A DNA stretch of 64,000 bases from Camelus ferus (GCF_009834535.1 NC_045696.1:80602001-80666000), one strand, 5' to 3'. Counted from the first letter of the stretch, positions 25,491 through 38,619 are shown. The notes: generated by a model from the letters alone, not told the origin. Program-made: numbers and translations.

Positions 25491-27457
25491 TCCCTTCTCA
25501 GGTACCCTTTGACTCCACCTTCAAATGGCTGAGGTCATTCTCCTCAGGTTTCCATGACATGCTCTCTGACCCTTTCTCCATGGCTTAGTTTAGCACGAAA
25601 CACTCTGGTCACCAGTCTAGCAGCATCAACTCTCTCTGCTGGGCCCTCAACATCTCAGCAAGGCACATGTTGGGTTTTTTTTCTTTCCCTTAATCCCTCC
25701 CTCTAGAATTTCCATATAAAAGAATTGTTTTCAACTACTACAAATCTCTGAAAAGTTACATTTTTCAGAAAGTAATTTTTCTAATTTATAATTCCCAAAC
25801 TGACTCCAACAGACAAGCAAAACATACATAATCGAGGGCCACATTTTTAGGGAATAGAAATAGAAGCTATTTGTTCAAATTTTCAAAATCAATTAGTGAT
25901 CTGATACAGACATGAAAAAGTCTCTGGAGAACTTCATTTCTTTAAAATAGCCCTAAGAGAAAGGCCAGGTTTGCACTGAAGGTGACTCATGCTTTTGTTT
26001 TAATTTAATACTTAGGAGAAAAAAATTTTTCAGGAAAACTGTGGAAACACAACAATGCCTACAATATGGCCCATACTTCAAAGAGATCAACTTCAGTAGA
26101 AGAAATACTGACTTGAGTGCCTGAGAAGAAGTACTAAGTTTAAGTGGCACATTCAACCGAGGAATTCATCCAACCATCCAATAAGCATTTACTATGCACT
26201 CACCGCGAAAGACATTAAGTTAAATCAGTAATCATCCCTACACAATCGGACAACAAGGAAAAGGACAAGGGTTCTGAAAAGCACAGATAAAGTGCCAGAA
26301 GGATTTAAAGAAAATGATAAATTATGTAAAATGATGTGTCTGGAACATGAGGAGCTACAACAGAATGAGACACTTTTCTTTAGAAAAGTGTCAAAAATCA
26401 AAGAACAGTCTGTGAACGTGATGTAATCCTTTGTATCTCTACGAGATACAGAGACTGTGACTCTTAGTAACTTTTGATATCAGTTGGTAACGATCCTATC
26501 TCTAGAGTAATTACTAGGCCACAAAAATGACCTGCTACAATATGAAAGCCATTTACACACAGGGCGAAGAAAATATACCCATACAGATCACGAAGCATGC
26601 ACACATACCAGCAGCATTCCCTTGAGGAGTTCAGGAATTAATGAACTATTATGGATGGCAAAGACATTACAGAACACAGTAGATAATTTCCCCCTGAACT
26701 TATTTGTATATAAACTTGTATCTTTCCATTTGAATTGTTATCTGCTATTTTCAGTATTCCTAACATGCACTTACATCTGATGTTTAAGTTTTATATTCAC
26801 TTAACAAAAAGTCTGCCCCATCTTTTCATAAGTGATCTGCCCAAACTCAACATCAATTTCTCAGAAGCAAAAAAATACTCAGAGCAGTCACCACTATGAA
26901 ATCATTATGTGCTAGAGACAAGTTCAGAGGAATAAAACAATACTACTGCTTTCTTTCTTTCCCTCTATCCCCTCCCCATAACTTTTAGTCTAACAAATTG
27001 AAGAATGTTAGCACCTAATGCATTTCCAACAGGAGTACTGAGATGACTTCGACCATTTCTCTGAGTGGAAAGCAGAGTTTTTCCTAACTACTGAAGGCGA
27101 ACAAAAAATTGAAAAAAAAATGTTCAAAGGTTAGAAAATATGACAGATCTAATTGTACATCCAATTTTCTGGTTTCTGGATGACTCACAGTGAAATTCAG
27201 GATAAATTATGTTCCTACGCAGTCTGTGGATATTAATAAACTACCTGGTTCATCTGAATGTTAAAAAATCTTATTTTCCCTCCAGAGATCTACTACTTTG
27301 AAATAATCTCCTCTTAAATTCAAGTCAGTTAATAAAATAAGGTAACTCTGATCTCCAAAAATGGCCTAGGGCTGGGGGATGATCTACAGAACAGCATGAA
27401 GTAAACCGAGGGGAACAAACAGGCAAACTGAAATCACACAAATTAAATCTCCTTCCA

Positions 27458-28100
27458 TTTTTTTTAAATTTTTTACTGTGATAAAATAAACATAATATTT
27501 GCCACTTTAACTATTTACAAGTGTCTAATTCAGTGGTATCAAGCACATTCACAACCCTGTACAACCACCACCACTATTCATTTCCAACTTTTTCATCACC
27601 CCAAACAGAAACTCTGTACCCATTAAACTGTAACTCCTGTCCCCCTTGCCCCAGCCCCTGGTAACCCCTATTATACTCAGTCTCTATGAATTCGCCTATT
27701 TGCAGTACTTCACGTAAGTGGAAACATACAATATTTGTCCTTTTGTGTATAGCTTATTTCACTCATCATAATGTTTTCAAAGTTCATCCATGCTGTAGCA
27801 GGTATCAGAATTTCATCCCTTTTTATAGTAGAATAATACTCCATCGTGTGTATAGGACACATTTTGTTTATCCATTCATCTGTGAACGGACACTTGGGTT
27901 GTTTCCACCTTCGGGATATTGTAAATAATGCTGCTATAAACCCTGGTGCACAAGTATCCGTTTGCGTCCCTGCTTTCATTTATTTTGGGTACATACCAAG
28001 GAATGGAAGGACTAGGTGATTCTATGTTTAATTTTTAGAGAAACCGCAAAACTGTTTTCCACAGGAGCTGTAGCTTTTTATGTTCACAACTGCAAAACAG
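27458..28100 (-). mobile_element. L1 (L1MA/L1MB-like) 3' end fragment
   Basis: T-rich tail on the plus strand. ORF 27710-27979(-) gives [27 protein letters not shown], the L1 ORF2 C-terminus, followed by typical 3' UTR. Confidence 0.9.
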
Positions 28101-31100
28101 TATAATGTTCCGATTCAACATACTTTTGAGTATTTTTCTGATTCACCTAAATTGAAACTTTTTCCTGAGATAAGATAAACCAAAACAGAAAAGTCAGAAG
28201 AAGCAATATCTGAAGACTTAGTATTTTCCTCTTAAATGACTTAAACAACTTAAACAATAGAAGACATAAAATGGGTTTAAAAAGAAAAGACTTTAAAATA
28301 TAAGAGAAAAAGGAGTAGTATCTAAGAATATATCAAGGATCCTAAAATTACAACTTATACTGTAAAAACTGGTCAATATGAACCCTAAAAATTCACACAC
28401 TAGAAAACCTCACATCTGAGTAAGTGGATGTAAATATTCTGGAAATATTTTAAAAGAAATATACTCTTCTTGTGGGTCAGTTCACAAAGTACCTGGAAAT
28501 AAGCTGTCCAGGAACATCTTACTTCAGTAAAAGCAGAAGAGAGGATGTGTAATGAGCTTATCTAAATACCACTGGCAAAACTTTCCACAACTCTGCCCAA
28601 ATTCACATGGAGGAGATGGGTAGCTAAAAGCAATAATGATGTTCCTAAACCTTTAACACCTGCTCTCCCCAATGTGCCATCAAGTGCTTATGAGAGACAA
28701 GCAGCAAAACAAAAGCCAACAGAAAACCATTAAAACAATAGGCACAGTTGGAGTCTATTAATGGGGGTGGGGTGAGATAGGGGAGGTAGATATTCACTTA
28801 TTCTCATGATTTATTTTGCATACAAAAATATAGTTCTAACTTTTGCCGGTAAACTATACCCAGTTTAAGTGATAGCAATGAGTAAATCCGTATTTATTTC
28901 ATGGCAGTCAAAGACTTACAAAGGCTCCTGCACCTCTAGTAAAAGCTCAGTTAGAACTGACTTGAACGCATGTTGCAGTTCCACATTGCTTTTAAGTAAA
29001 CTGATTTTTTCCAAGGTGCTTAAAAATGGTTTGTTCTCCTAATTAGGTAAATATTCCCCCTTATGAGCTATTGAAACTTGTTACAGTAATACCTTTTCAT
29101 ACAGAATAGGAAGCCAAACTTTATCCTGGACTTGCCTGGATAACTGCAAATTCCTAATTAGTTACATCCAGAACAAGAGAGTTATTTTTATAGAGACCCT
29201 CTTTCACCAGCTGTGTAGAATCTGACTGAGCCCCTTAAGAATAAATTAAATCATGTTATTTCCTGGGATTTTAGAATCTTCCATTATTTCTCAAACATAC
29301 TACATTTGCTCACATATCAAGATCATTTTCTAGACAATTATTTCAACAGAAAGCTTTTCATAATTGAACACTATGAGTTAGTGTTGTATCAACTTTGCTT
29401 AAGCAAATTTTTCTGACTGGTTGCCTTTATAAAAATCTTATCTTTCAGAGGCAAAACAATGATATATCAGACGCCTTAAACTCTAATACAAATTGAATTT
29501 TAAACATTTAAGTATTTACATCCACTTACTCAGACATGAGGTTTTCTAGTGTGTGACTCAAATTTAACATTTCTCAAATTTCAGAAAGGAGCAAAGATTG
29601 AAGTTGTCACCATCCTGCTCTAGGAGTTTGGTGGTAGACATAGTTCTCTGCACAACATTCCAAAAATATGAGCAAAATACCCCTGTAAGTAAACAAAAGA
29701 ATGCCTTGCACTTGCCAAAAGCAAAGTCAGAACAGGAAAGAATATTCTATTAACAAAGAATCTAGTCTAGAACTCAATAAATGCCTTCTGAGTCAATAAA
29801 CAAGTGAATGAAATAAAAATTACATTTTAAACTAAAATGTAATCATTTAATACAAGGGACATTTTAAACAGATACTTACTGGAATCTCAAAAAATGCTAA
29901 CTTTGGCTCAATACCATTTTAATGAATCTTCTCCCTCCAGTTATTTAAAAACTGACATGCAGTTTTAATATTATAGAAACAAAACACATCAGAAGCCAGT
30001 GCCTGAACTGACAGTGAGTATTGCCAAGGACATCTCATCAGCCAAGGAAATCACAACCCAGGTGTTTCAGAATGTTAAACTTGCATATCTCAACTGGGGA
30101 CAAAAAAGAAAAAGATCTGAGGATTGATCCATTTTCAAATTGAGAAACCTCCCCACCTATAATGGCTGATCATTATTGTCTATCTTATCTGATTTAGACT
30201 TGGTGGTTTAAAAATCTCCCAACCCCCGAATTCCCACCCCAACCTACATACCGATCCTTGATACTAAACCTGCACCACAAACAATTCCCCTCTGGATGAG
30301 CTTGTGACTACTGGCCGCTCACTAGATGTAGCTTGCAAAGAGTTCAAGTACCAACCATCAAGTCATCCTCTCAAGTGAGCCTGTGCTTGGCTTCCATAGA
30401 AAGCTTCCTCTGTCTAGCCACAGTAACTCAGTCTCTGCCTTTTTAAAACACATTAATACCATACCATAGTGGGCATTTTAAGGCAAAAAATACACTTTCC
30501 TATACTCAAAAGCATTCCCAGTCAACTAAGGAATAAAGCTTCTCCTCAAACACTTAAGTGCATTCCCAACAGCTGTTAAGGATAGAATTAAGGTTTACTT
30601 AAAAACAACGTCTCACCACAAAAAACTCTCATTGAATGGATTAACCTCGTTAAAGTGAATAAGAGGTAATCACGATTTCTAAAGTGAAAACACAGATAGG
30701 TTGAAAAGATACTCTGATTTCAAACTGATAACTCAGATGTGACCCTCACTAGGGTGTATAAGATTTCTAATCTTTGCCCATAATTTCAACATCTTGTAAA
30801 ATTCTCTCTCATTTGTTTTAAGTACCTTGATGTCCTACAAACAGAACTACACGAGTCAAATCATGTTTCCTCTGTTTGTCACATACACAAGAACACTATA
30901 CTCCTATTTATAACACGGTTTTTATGTTGGTTCTTTGAAAATAACTATGATCCCAATAGTCAGGAATGGGTATGAACAGAGTTTTTCAGCTCTCTGAACA
31001 GTCTCATTAACTGATGCCTCATTTTCGGTTGAACTTACAATTTTCAGAGCTAGAGGCCCTGCAATCCACAGAACACTAAAATAATATAGAGCAATTTAAA

Positions 31101-32096
31101 GCTGATTTACTAGTGTAGGTCTTTTAGGTTCGTCTAATGCTCTAGGGTCAGGATTATGAACTGCAATTATCCCTGGGCAGTACAGTAACTATGAAATGTA
31201 CAGCAGATTCAGATATATTTATAGGGAACCTGGAAGTCACCTCTTTAAAAATCCTAATAAAAAGACTATTTTATCACTGTCTTTTCTTGAAAGCAACATG
31301 CAAAGAGGAAAAAAAAAGGAAAGAAAAAAGTATTGTTAGTTTGTTTATGGATGAAATCCAGATAAATGAATGCTTAACTTTAACATGAGTTGGAGTTTTC
31401 ACTATTTCATATAAAAATCAAAGTTGTTGAAATTCCTTCTACCAAATAAACTCTGAAATGCAACAGATTTAAATTAAATCCACTAATCAGAAAACTATTT
31501 GACCATATGCCACCAAAAGAATCTTTCCTGCTGTCTGTGTCAATCTTAAACATATTCTTCCCAATTCATAGACAATCTAGTGTTTTAAATTTTATTCTTT
31601 GGTAGTAAAGCAATGACTTTAATTCTTCAGATTAATTGTGCAGCTACACAAAGGAAAGTGAATGATGGTTTGGTTGTATTATTTACCTGACACTTATAAA
31701 GACAAAAAGAATCACCAATGAAGAGGTAAGCATGGATGTTGGGGTCATTTTCTTTTTTAACTTCCCAATAGTGATTCTTCATACTGCCTCCTCCTTATAA
31801 CCTTTTATTACACTAAAATAACCAATAAGCTCTGATTCCCTTATAGCAATTATTTCAACCACACAAGGAAGTGTCACTGAAAGTGTCTATGAGTTTTTAC
31901 TATGACGTGCAAGCATTTAAAAAAAAAACATTTTTTGTTTGTTTTTGAGCTATCACTAATTCAGTATTTAGAGTTCACTTAAGAGCTGAACGTAAGCATC
32001 TTCTAGTAGTATGGAAGAAAGAAAAGTGAACTACGAGATCTAAAAAGCAGTAAGACCCAGTTAAATAGGAATAGATTTGGGAGTCAGAAAGGTCTA

Positions 32097-32292
32097 CATT
32101 GTGTTCTCCAACATGGTAACTAACCACTAGCCACGAGTAGCAGTTTAAAATAATTAAAAGTAAATAAAATTTAAAACACAGTTCCTCAAACTAGCCACAT
32201 TTCAAATGGTACAACAGCTACACGTGCCTAGTGGTTGCCACACTGGACAGCACAGATACAGAACCATTTCCACAATCAAAGAAAATTCTATG
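32097..32292 (+). mobile_element. MER3-like hAT DNA transposon
   Basis: CACTAGCCACGAGTAGCAGTTTAAA...AACTAGCCACATTTCAAATG...CTAGTGGTTGCCACACTGGACAGCACAG...AAAATTCTAT. Confidence 0.7.
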
Positions 32293-32294
32293 TG

Positions 32295-32465
32295 GTCTTC
32301 TGCAAGTCACTAAATTTCTGTGAACCTCAATGCCTTGTCCGTAAAATGTCCTTAACATCAGCTAAATTGAAAGACTATTAGAATTTTAATGAGATAATAC
32401 ATAAAAAAGCACAATACATAGTACTTAGTACCCATTAGATATCCAAGAAAGAGTAGCTATTAATA
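32295..32465 (+). mobile_element. MIR remnant
   Basis: GCAAGTCACTAAATTTCTGTGAACCTCAATGCCTTGTCCGTAAAATG...AATGAGATAATACAT. Confidence 0.6.
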
Positions 32466-34232
32466 CAATCCCGTATTGGATTTTAATCTATGATAGTAGT
32501 GCTGACAAGTCACTTCCCCTCCCTGGGCCTCTTTTTCCTAAAACTGTAAAGTTGGGAAATTCTTCGGGTTTTAGGTTCCAAGGACGCTATCAAATTCCAC
32601 CACGTTAAATGAGCTGTTAAGGAAAAGGAGCACAAACTCCTACAGAGTAAACTAGTACCTAGGCTCAAAGAGCTAGCTTCCTAACTGATCCCAAGCATTC
32701 CTCCAGAAACCCCAGAAGACTGGCTCTCCAGTACAGCCCATGGTCTGATGTGAGCTATTTATAAAGTCTGTCTTAAAAGGTTACTGGAATATCTTTCTGA
32801 AATTGTATATACTGTAATTAGAAGCTACAACCTCCTATTCCATGATGATACCTTGCAGTTTTAACATCTCTTTTAAATGAACATTATCTTTCCGTAGAAT
32901 TTTTTTCTTAGAAGCATTTAAACCAAACACTTTAAAAGCACGTATGAGTTTAAGTACCATTTTTAGTGACTTTTTCTTTTTACCAGCTATTCCTCATTCT
33001 CAGCCAGCTTGTGGGTGACCCTCTAGTGTCCGAACAAAGTGAGAATTATACCCTCATGGGTGAGGTCCCCTTGCAGGATCAAAAACAAGCCCAAAGACTT
33101 TACCCTCCTTAACAGCTGCTCCACGGGAGCTAGGAAATTTACTGAACGATGGTTCCAACAGGGCGGCCTCCAATTAGGGGGAACCAAGGGCCCCCATTCA
33201 AGGTACAAAACCAGGGCCACGGGCTGCTCTTGGCTGGGGCTGCGGGCCTCTTCCCCAGGCGTTGTCCAGGGCCCCAGAGGCACAGATTTAACTTGAGAAT
33301 GAAGAGCAACTCAGGCAGTAGAAATCAGAACAGAGCGGTGCATTTTTGCCCAAGGCCTGAAGCCTCAAAAAAAAAAAAAAAAGTGTTATTCCAGAGCAGA
33401 TTCCTTTTCTTCCGGGTCTGTCTGCTCCCTCTGACTCTTTGCCCACAATCACCATGCCTCCCCTTTCCCAATGCCCCACCTCTCTCCACATCAAAAAAAA
33501 AAAAAAAAAAAGTGGCGTGTTCCCTCTTCCTTAGCTTTCCCTAACAGGGCCTGGAAACTGGAGGAAATTCAAATCAAATTAATTGCACATTAAAAAGTAA
33601 ATAGACAAGCAATCAAGGGGGTGCCCACCCAACAAAAGACCTCGCCTGTTCCAAAATATGATTAAGTCTGGCTGGAAGAAGGGGAGGGAGACTAGAAAGC
33701 AACAGGGATGGAGAGAGAAACGCGTGGATCTGGGGTCCCAGCGTTGGCCCATCGCGGCCAAATTCCAAATTTTGTTTCAAGAACACGCTAGGCTGAAGAG
33801 AGAAGAAAATAAAAAGTTTTAACTTTCAAGGAAGTCCGCAAATGGCACTGTCTGGATAAAATGCCACTGCTTCCCTTCGTCAGGGATAGCAGGGTAGGAG
33901 TTGGGATTCGAAAAGCTCCAACCCCAACCGCGGACTCCTGGAAGCCTCCCCGCCAACGGCGCCGCCGGGCGGCCCAGCCCCGTCTCCAGGGACACCGGGC
34001 CCCGGGGCTCGGGCTCCCACTGGGCGCCGGGACCGGACCTTTGGGAGAGATCGCGGGCACAGCCCGAGGCCCCACTTTCCGCCCAGAGTGACAGGCTCTT
34101 CCCACGCCGGCGGCCCCCGCCCCGCCGCGAGCACCAGACGGTCCGCACGGCCCCTCCCGACCGCCTCAGGACGTGGATTCCGCCCGCCCACCCCACCCCC
34201 GGCCGGGGCGCCCCTCGGGGTGACCGACTGAC

Positions 34233-34335
34233 CGGAACTATGCTGGCCCACACACCGGGTCGCCCGCTCCTTCCCGCCGCGCCCCGCTCCCCCGCCCGAG
34301 CTTCCACCGCTTGGCTCGCCGAGTCCGGCCGCGGC
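34233..34335 (-). other. FNDC3B: Alternative non-coding first exon 1b
   Basis: Minus strand ...GGGCCAGCATAGTTCCG|GTCAGT donor about 900 bp downstream of exon 1a, inside the island. It shares a 28-nt block with exon 1a. My recollection is that human FNDC3B has two first exons about 1 kb apart. The 5' boundary is approximate. Confidence 0.5.
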
Positions 34336-35136
34336 CGCCGGTTACCGCCCCCAGCCCGGGGGGAGCCTGGGGGGCAGGACAGGGAGGGAGGACGTGGCGC
34401 GCTCGGAGGTGGCCAGCGGCGAGGCGGGGAGTGTCCCAGAGAGGCCTGGCCCGGGCGGGGGGCCGGCGCGGGCTCAGGACCCTCCCCGCGAGCATCCCCG
34501 GGTCGGAGGTCCCGGCCCGCCCCCCGCCTGGCGCGGAGAGGCGGCCCCAACTTCCAGCCCCACTTCACACGCCCGCCCTCCTCCCTCCACCATATGGAAA
34601 TCTACAGCCTCAGAAAGTGACACGTCGAAGATTCCTCGGCCTCTCCACCCGCCCTCCCCCTCCCGGGCAGCGTTCCTGCCTCGGAGATTCCGGGAGGGGG
34701 AGCGGATTCCTCGGACAAAATCTGCTGGGATGGCTGCAGGAGGACGAGGGGGGAGGGAGAACCCGGGAGCCACTGCCCAAGGGTTTTTTTGTTTTGTTTT
34801 GTTTTGTTTTCCATCAAGGAGAATCTACCCGTTTCTTTCCCTCCTCCAAGTCCTGGCCAGCTAAGGGAACGGGCGGGGGCCTGAAGCCCAGCAAGACGCG
34901 GCCCCAAACCGGAGACTGACCCCATCCCGGGCCCCATGATCCCGGGGTGCCCAGACGAGCTCGAGGCGCCCCAGCACACTGGCGCCAAGTTTTCCTCGGG
35001 AAGCCCGGAGCGCTCCGGGACAGGCACGCACTTTGGCGGACTCGGCGTCCGGCCGGGGCTTTCCAGCGCGCCGGGACCCGGCGGCGGAGGCGAGGGGTCC
35101 AGGTCCCCTCTAGGCTACCGCTCCTGCACGCCTTAC

Positions 35137-35300
35137 CTTCCCTCGGGCTGAAACGCGGGGCTCCGGGCGCGCCACACACCGGGTCTCCCACGCCTTCCCA
35201 GCCACCAGCCCTGAGGCTCCCTGCCGCCCCTTCGCTGCTCCCGCCGCCGCCGCTGCTGCTCTCCTCCGCCTCCTCCGTCCGCCGCCGCCGCTCAAATAAC
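35137..35300 (-). other. FNDC3B: Non-coding first exon 1a (5' UTR), probably FNDC3B
   Basis: Minus strand reads GAGCGGCGGCGGCGGACGGAGG...GGGAGCAGCGAAGGGGCGGC...GGAGCCCCGCGTTTCAGCCCGAGGGAAG|GTAAGG, with a strong donor and no ATG. It resembles the human FNDC3B mRNA 5' end as I recall it (not database-verified). The TSS is approximate. Confidence 0.62.
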
Positions 35301-35314
35301 CAGGAGGGTTAGAT

Positions 35315-35370
35315 GGGGGATTCCGCCATGTCAATGATGTCGAGACCACATGGGGATTTGGGTCCCGCCC
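35315..35370. promoter_or_regulatory. Proximal promoter motifs: NF-kB-like, YY1-like, GC box
   Basis: GGGGGATTCC at 35315-35324 (fits GGGRNNYYCC), CCGCCATG at 35323-35330 (YY1 core) and CCCGCCC at 35364-35370. Confidence 0.45.
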
Positions 35371-36479
35371 ACTGCCGTAATCTGCCGAGTATAACCGGCG
35401 CCGCAAGCTCAGATTTGCAGTTGCTGTGGGATCCTCCTTTCCCCACTTTGGCCTGCATAACTAACCAAAAACTCTTTTTGGTTCAGCCAGACTAAAAGTC
35501 TAAGGCTTAGGGGAACTAGCAACTCCTGAAAGGTGAGAGCTATATGTTCTGCAAAAGATCGACACCAATATAAATGTAGTGTTTGCTGAGTAATACACAG
35601 AGCTAAGACTAAGACTATTTTTTCATTTACACATATATTGACAATTTTTTAATCCTCACAACTTTGTGAGCTCTTTTGTCACTCCGTTCTCTATTTCCCA
35701 CAACACATTGTTCATACGGTAAACATAGCACGAACAGATTTTATTATACCAAAGTTAAAATGTCTGTCTCCCCTTTCAGCACCCAATATGCGCTCACAAG
35801 AACAGAGACTGTTCCTTACTCATATCTGTATTTCTGTATCTGTCAAACATAGCACAATGCATAGGCCACAAGGGGAATTATTACATAACTGTTGAGTTTA
35901 TATTAATTAAGTCAAATGTAATGTATCCTGTTGTACAGACTCAAAATGGTTAACCGACTGCATCCCATCCCAGCCCTGAAATTATTCAGGAGACAAGAAA
36001 GTAGAAGCTATCCCAGAGAGGCCACTTCACTTTTTAGCTTCCCAGGTGTTTTAAATAATTACCTTCAGCCTCAATTATTAGGCTACAAAGCAACACTAGG
36101 TAGTGACCAGAAGCAATGTATTACTTTCATTGACCTAAATAACACATAACAACCATTTATCAGATAAAGTTATTATACACAGTACTGTATTAAAGCCCAA
36201 AGTACATAAGAGTACTGAGAAATAACTCCTTTCCTTCTGGAATTTGCTATTCTTTTTTTTGAAATATAGGGGATAATGGTGAATCCAGACAAACAGGGCC
36301 CTCCTTCTAACTGGCTTCTTTCCCCAAATGTCCTCAAAGAGTCTGTTGGAGCCATCTTTCTAAAACATGGGTCCAATCCTAGGTCATAGGTCTGCATTGG
36401 AAGAGAAGAAAAAGAAAAAAAAAAAACAGCAGTGTTTCCCCAGCTCCTGTCTCAGCTTCTCTGGTTTGACCGTGAGCCA

Positions 36480-36800
36480 TGACCTCCAACCCAGCTGAAC
36501 TCTATGATTTCCAAGCACCTCTTTCCCTCTGCATATGCTTTCACTCTGTCTGAAGCTTATTTCTTCCTCTAGGTTATCTGAAGATCATTTCCTCATCTTT
36601 GAGCTCCAGCTAAAATCACCCCCTCCATCCCCATAGCCCCACAGTCTCATAATTCTTTTCAGCTCTTCTCACATTGCTCTGAAGTCACTATTCATCTCTT
36701 CCACTTGACCAGGTTCTGTTCATTTTTGTATCCCCAGCATCAACCTAGCATTGTTCTTTGAATATAGTTCCCCCTTATAAATGTTTGTTGAATAGATTAA
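36480..36800 (+). mobile_element. L2 3' end remnant
   Basis: Pyrimidine-rich body ending TTCATTTTTGTATCCCCAGCA...ATAAATGTTTGTTGAAT. Confidence 0.55.
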
Positions 36801-38436
36801 TTTTAAAGTATGTGGAAGAATCTGAAATACTAGATAAATGGGCAAACTTCAGAGGGCTTGAAGTTTGAATTCAAATGTAGAAAGACAGGCTTGGCAAAGG
36901 AGGTAAAAAAGTAGGCAAGAAAAATTCAGGAGACAGAATTATTTCTGCCAATTTCTTCCACTAGGCTGAACTTGTTGTAATTAAGAAGAATCATTAAGAT
37001 GCCTTAAAATTTTAAATGTATGTTCATATATATAATCTCAATGTTTCTTTTGTCTTCTTATCCTAACACCTAACACCAGTTTTGGCACAGAGTAGAACAC
37101 CAATAAATGTTTGCAAAATGAGAGGAAGTATGGTGTAGTAGAAAAAGCATGGAAATTATAGTCAGACAAAAGCCAGTGACGTTGGGCAAGTTTTTAAAGT
37201 TCTCTGAGCCTGAGTCATTTCTTTACTAAAGGGTGATACTGCCTCCCTGCTAAGATTGCTGTGAGGAACAAAAACCTCAAGCACCTGATACTCAGTAAAT
37301 AAATATGGATTCCTCCTTGAATGAATGAATGATTGAATGAATGAAGATGCCTCTTCTGGAGGGAATTAATAGAACAGAAAATTGGAAAATTCAAGGAAAA
37401 AGATGGGACTTTTGAGAAGGCTCCCAACTGCATGTTGAGGGATTTAAATTAAAGACAATGAGACATCACACTGGGTTATAAAGGCATGAAGTGATTGAAG
37501 GAGATTTCAAAGCTGATTATTCTGGCAGCAGGATATAGAACAAGGTTCATGTCAGACAGGCATACCCTGAACATATGTGGGAGATGATAAAGTCTTAGCC
37601 CAGATGGTGGGTCTGCAAATGGGAAGGAGGGCCTCAACCTAAGGCAATGAATATTACTGTCTGGTGTTGACAACCCAAGTCATCTGCCACCCTAGGTCCT
37701 AAGTTATAAAACCATAGCCATTACTTCGCTCCAAAAGCAGCTTAGGACTTGCTCAAGTACAAAATTAACATCCAAATGAGATGCCTGGAAGTTAAGGCCT
37801 ATGACAAAATACACAGACTTGTAAACCCTTCCATCGCCCATGCAATGTAGGCTGAGTCGTATTAAAAAATAAAAGATTGAAAGTCACACTTCCTGATCTT
37901 GCATAACTTACATCATAACAAAAGAAATGCACTTTTAACATATAGGGAAGCATGAGTTTGAAACTAGCATTGAAAACTCTCAAACCATTAAACCTGTAAT
38001 ACTTCTCAGTCCAAAATTTTTAAATTCGAAACTTTTTCTAGTAATACCTAATATCCAGAAGACCCAGTCAGGTTCTCGGTCTCAGTATCCTTCCTCTGCC
38101 TGTAGCTGGGGGTTGCTGATTGTCACAGCAGGCTCAGTCTTGCCTCTAATCTTGAAACCCAATCTTGACCTTGGAGGACATTAACTCCTTGCATCTACTT
38201 TTTGTTCTAACGTCCTGAGCCATATCTGATGAACATTTATGAAAAGCCAATTAATCCTATTTTGAAGAGTGCTGAGAATTTACTAGAGTACGAACTAAAG
38301 GACAGCCAGCTCAGTCAATAAAATCTAAGAGCAGTATTGCAACTGCAGTGAAACACATTTCCCAAAACAATTTAACCAGTCAAAGCTGTAGTTTCACCTT
38401 CCCTACTATCGTTCAAGGCAAGACAAATTGTAGGTG

Positions 38437-38496
<60 letters not shown>

Positions 38497-38534
38497 TAGA
38501 TAGATAGACAGACAGATAGATAGATAGATAGATA
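38437..38534 (+). repeat. (TAGA)n/(CAGA)n compound tetranucleotide microsatellite
   Basis: Tandem array visible directly. Confidence 0.97.
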
Positions 38535-38619
38535 AGTTTTTAGAAGTCATTTCAAACAAGGGTATCTGTCCCACAGTTATCAGAACTCTTCAGGTAGAGG
38601 TTGAATGGCTTTCCGGGCT

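Larger units (their letters stand above)
1..34232 (-). other. FNDC3B: First intron (partial) of the minus-strand gene
   Basis: Downstream of the island donors, with no recognisable coding exon. The plus strand appears A-rich (sense strand T-rich), consistent with minus-strand transcription. Confidence 0.6.
33800..35450. promoter_or_regulatory. CpG island promoter of a minus-strand gene
   Basis: Abrupt switch to very GC- and CpG-rich sequence with many GC boxes and GCC/CGG runs, flanked by AT-rich DNA. Two minus-strand splice donors lie inside it. Confidence 0.95.

Noticed and set aside
33367..33514. Two TC(A)nGTG tracts about 125 bp apart
   Set aside because: Similarity is limited to poly(A) plus a few bases, with no element body or TSD.
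33788..35495. Many overlapping 100-250 aa ORFs in the CpG island
   Set aside because: They are Pro/Arg/Gly/Ala-rich in all frames on both strands, mostly with non-ATG starts, as expected from stop-codon scarcity in GC-rich DNA. No recognisable domain.
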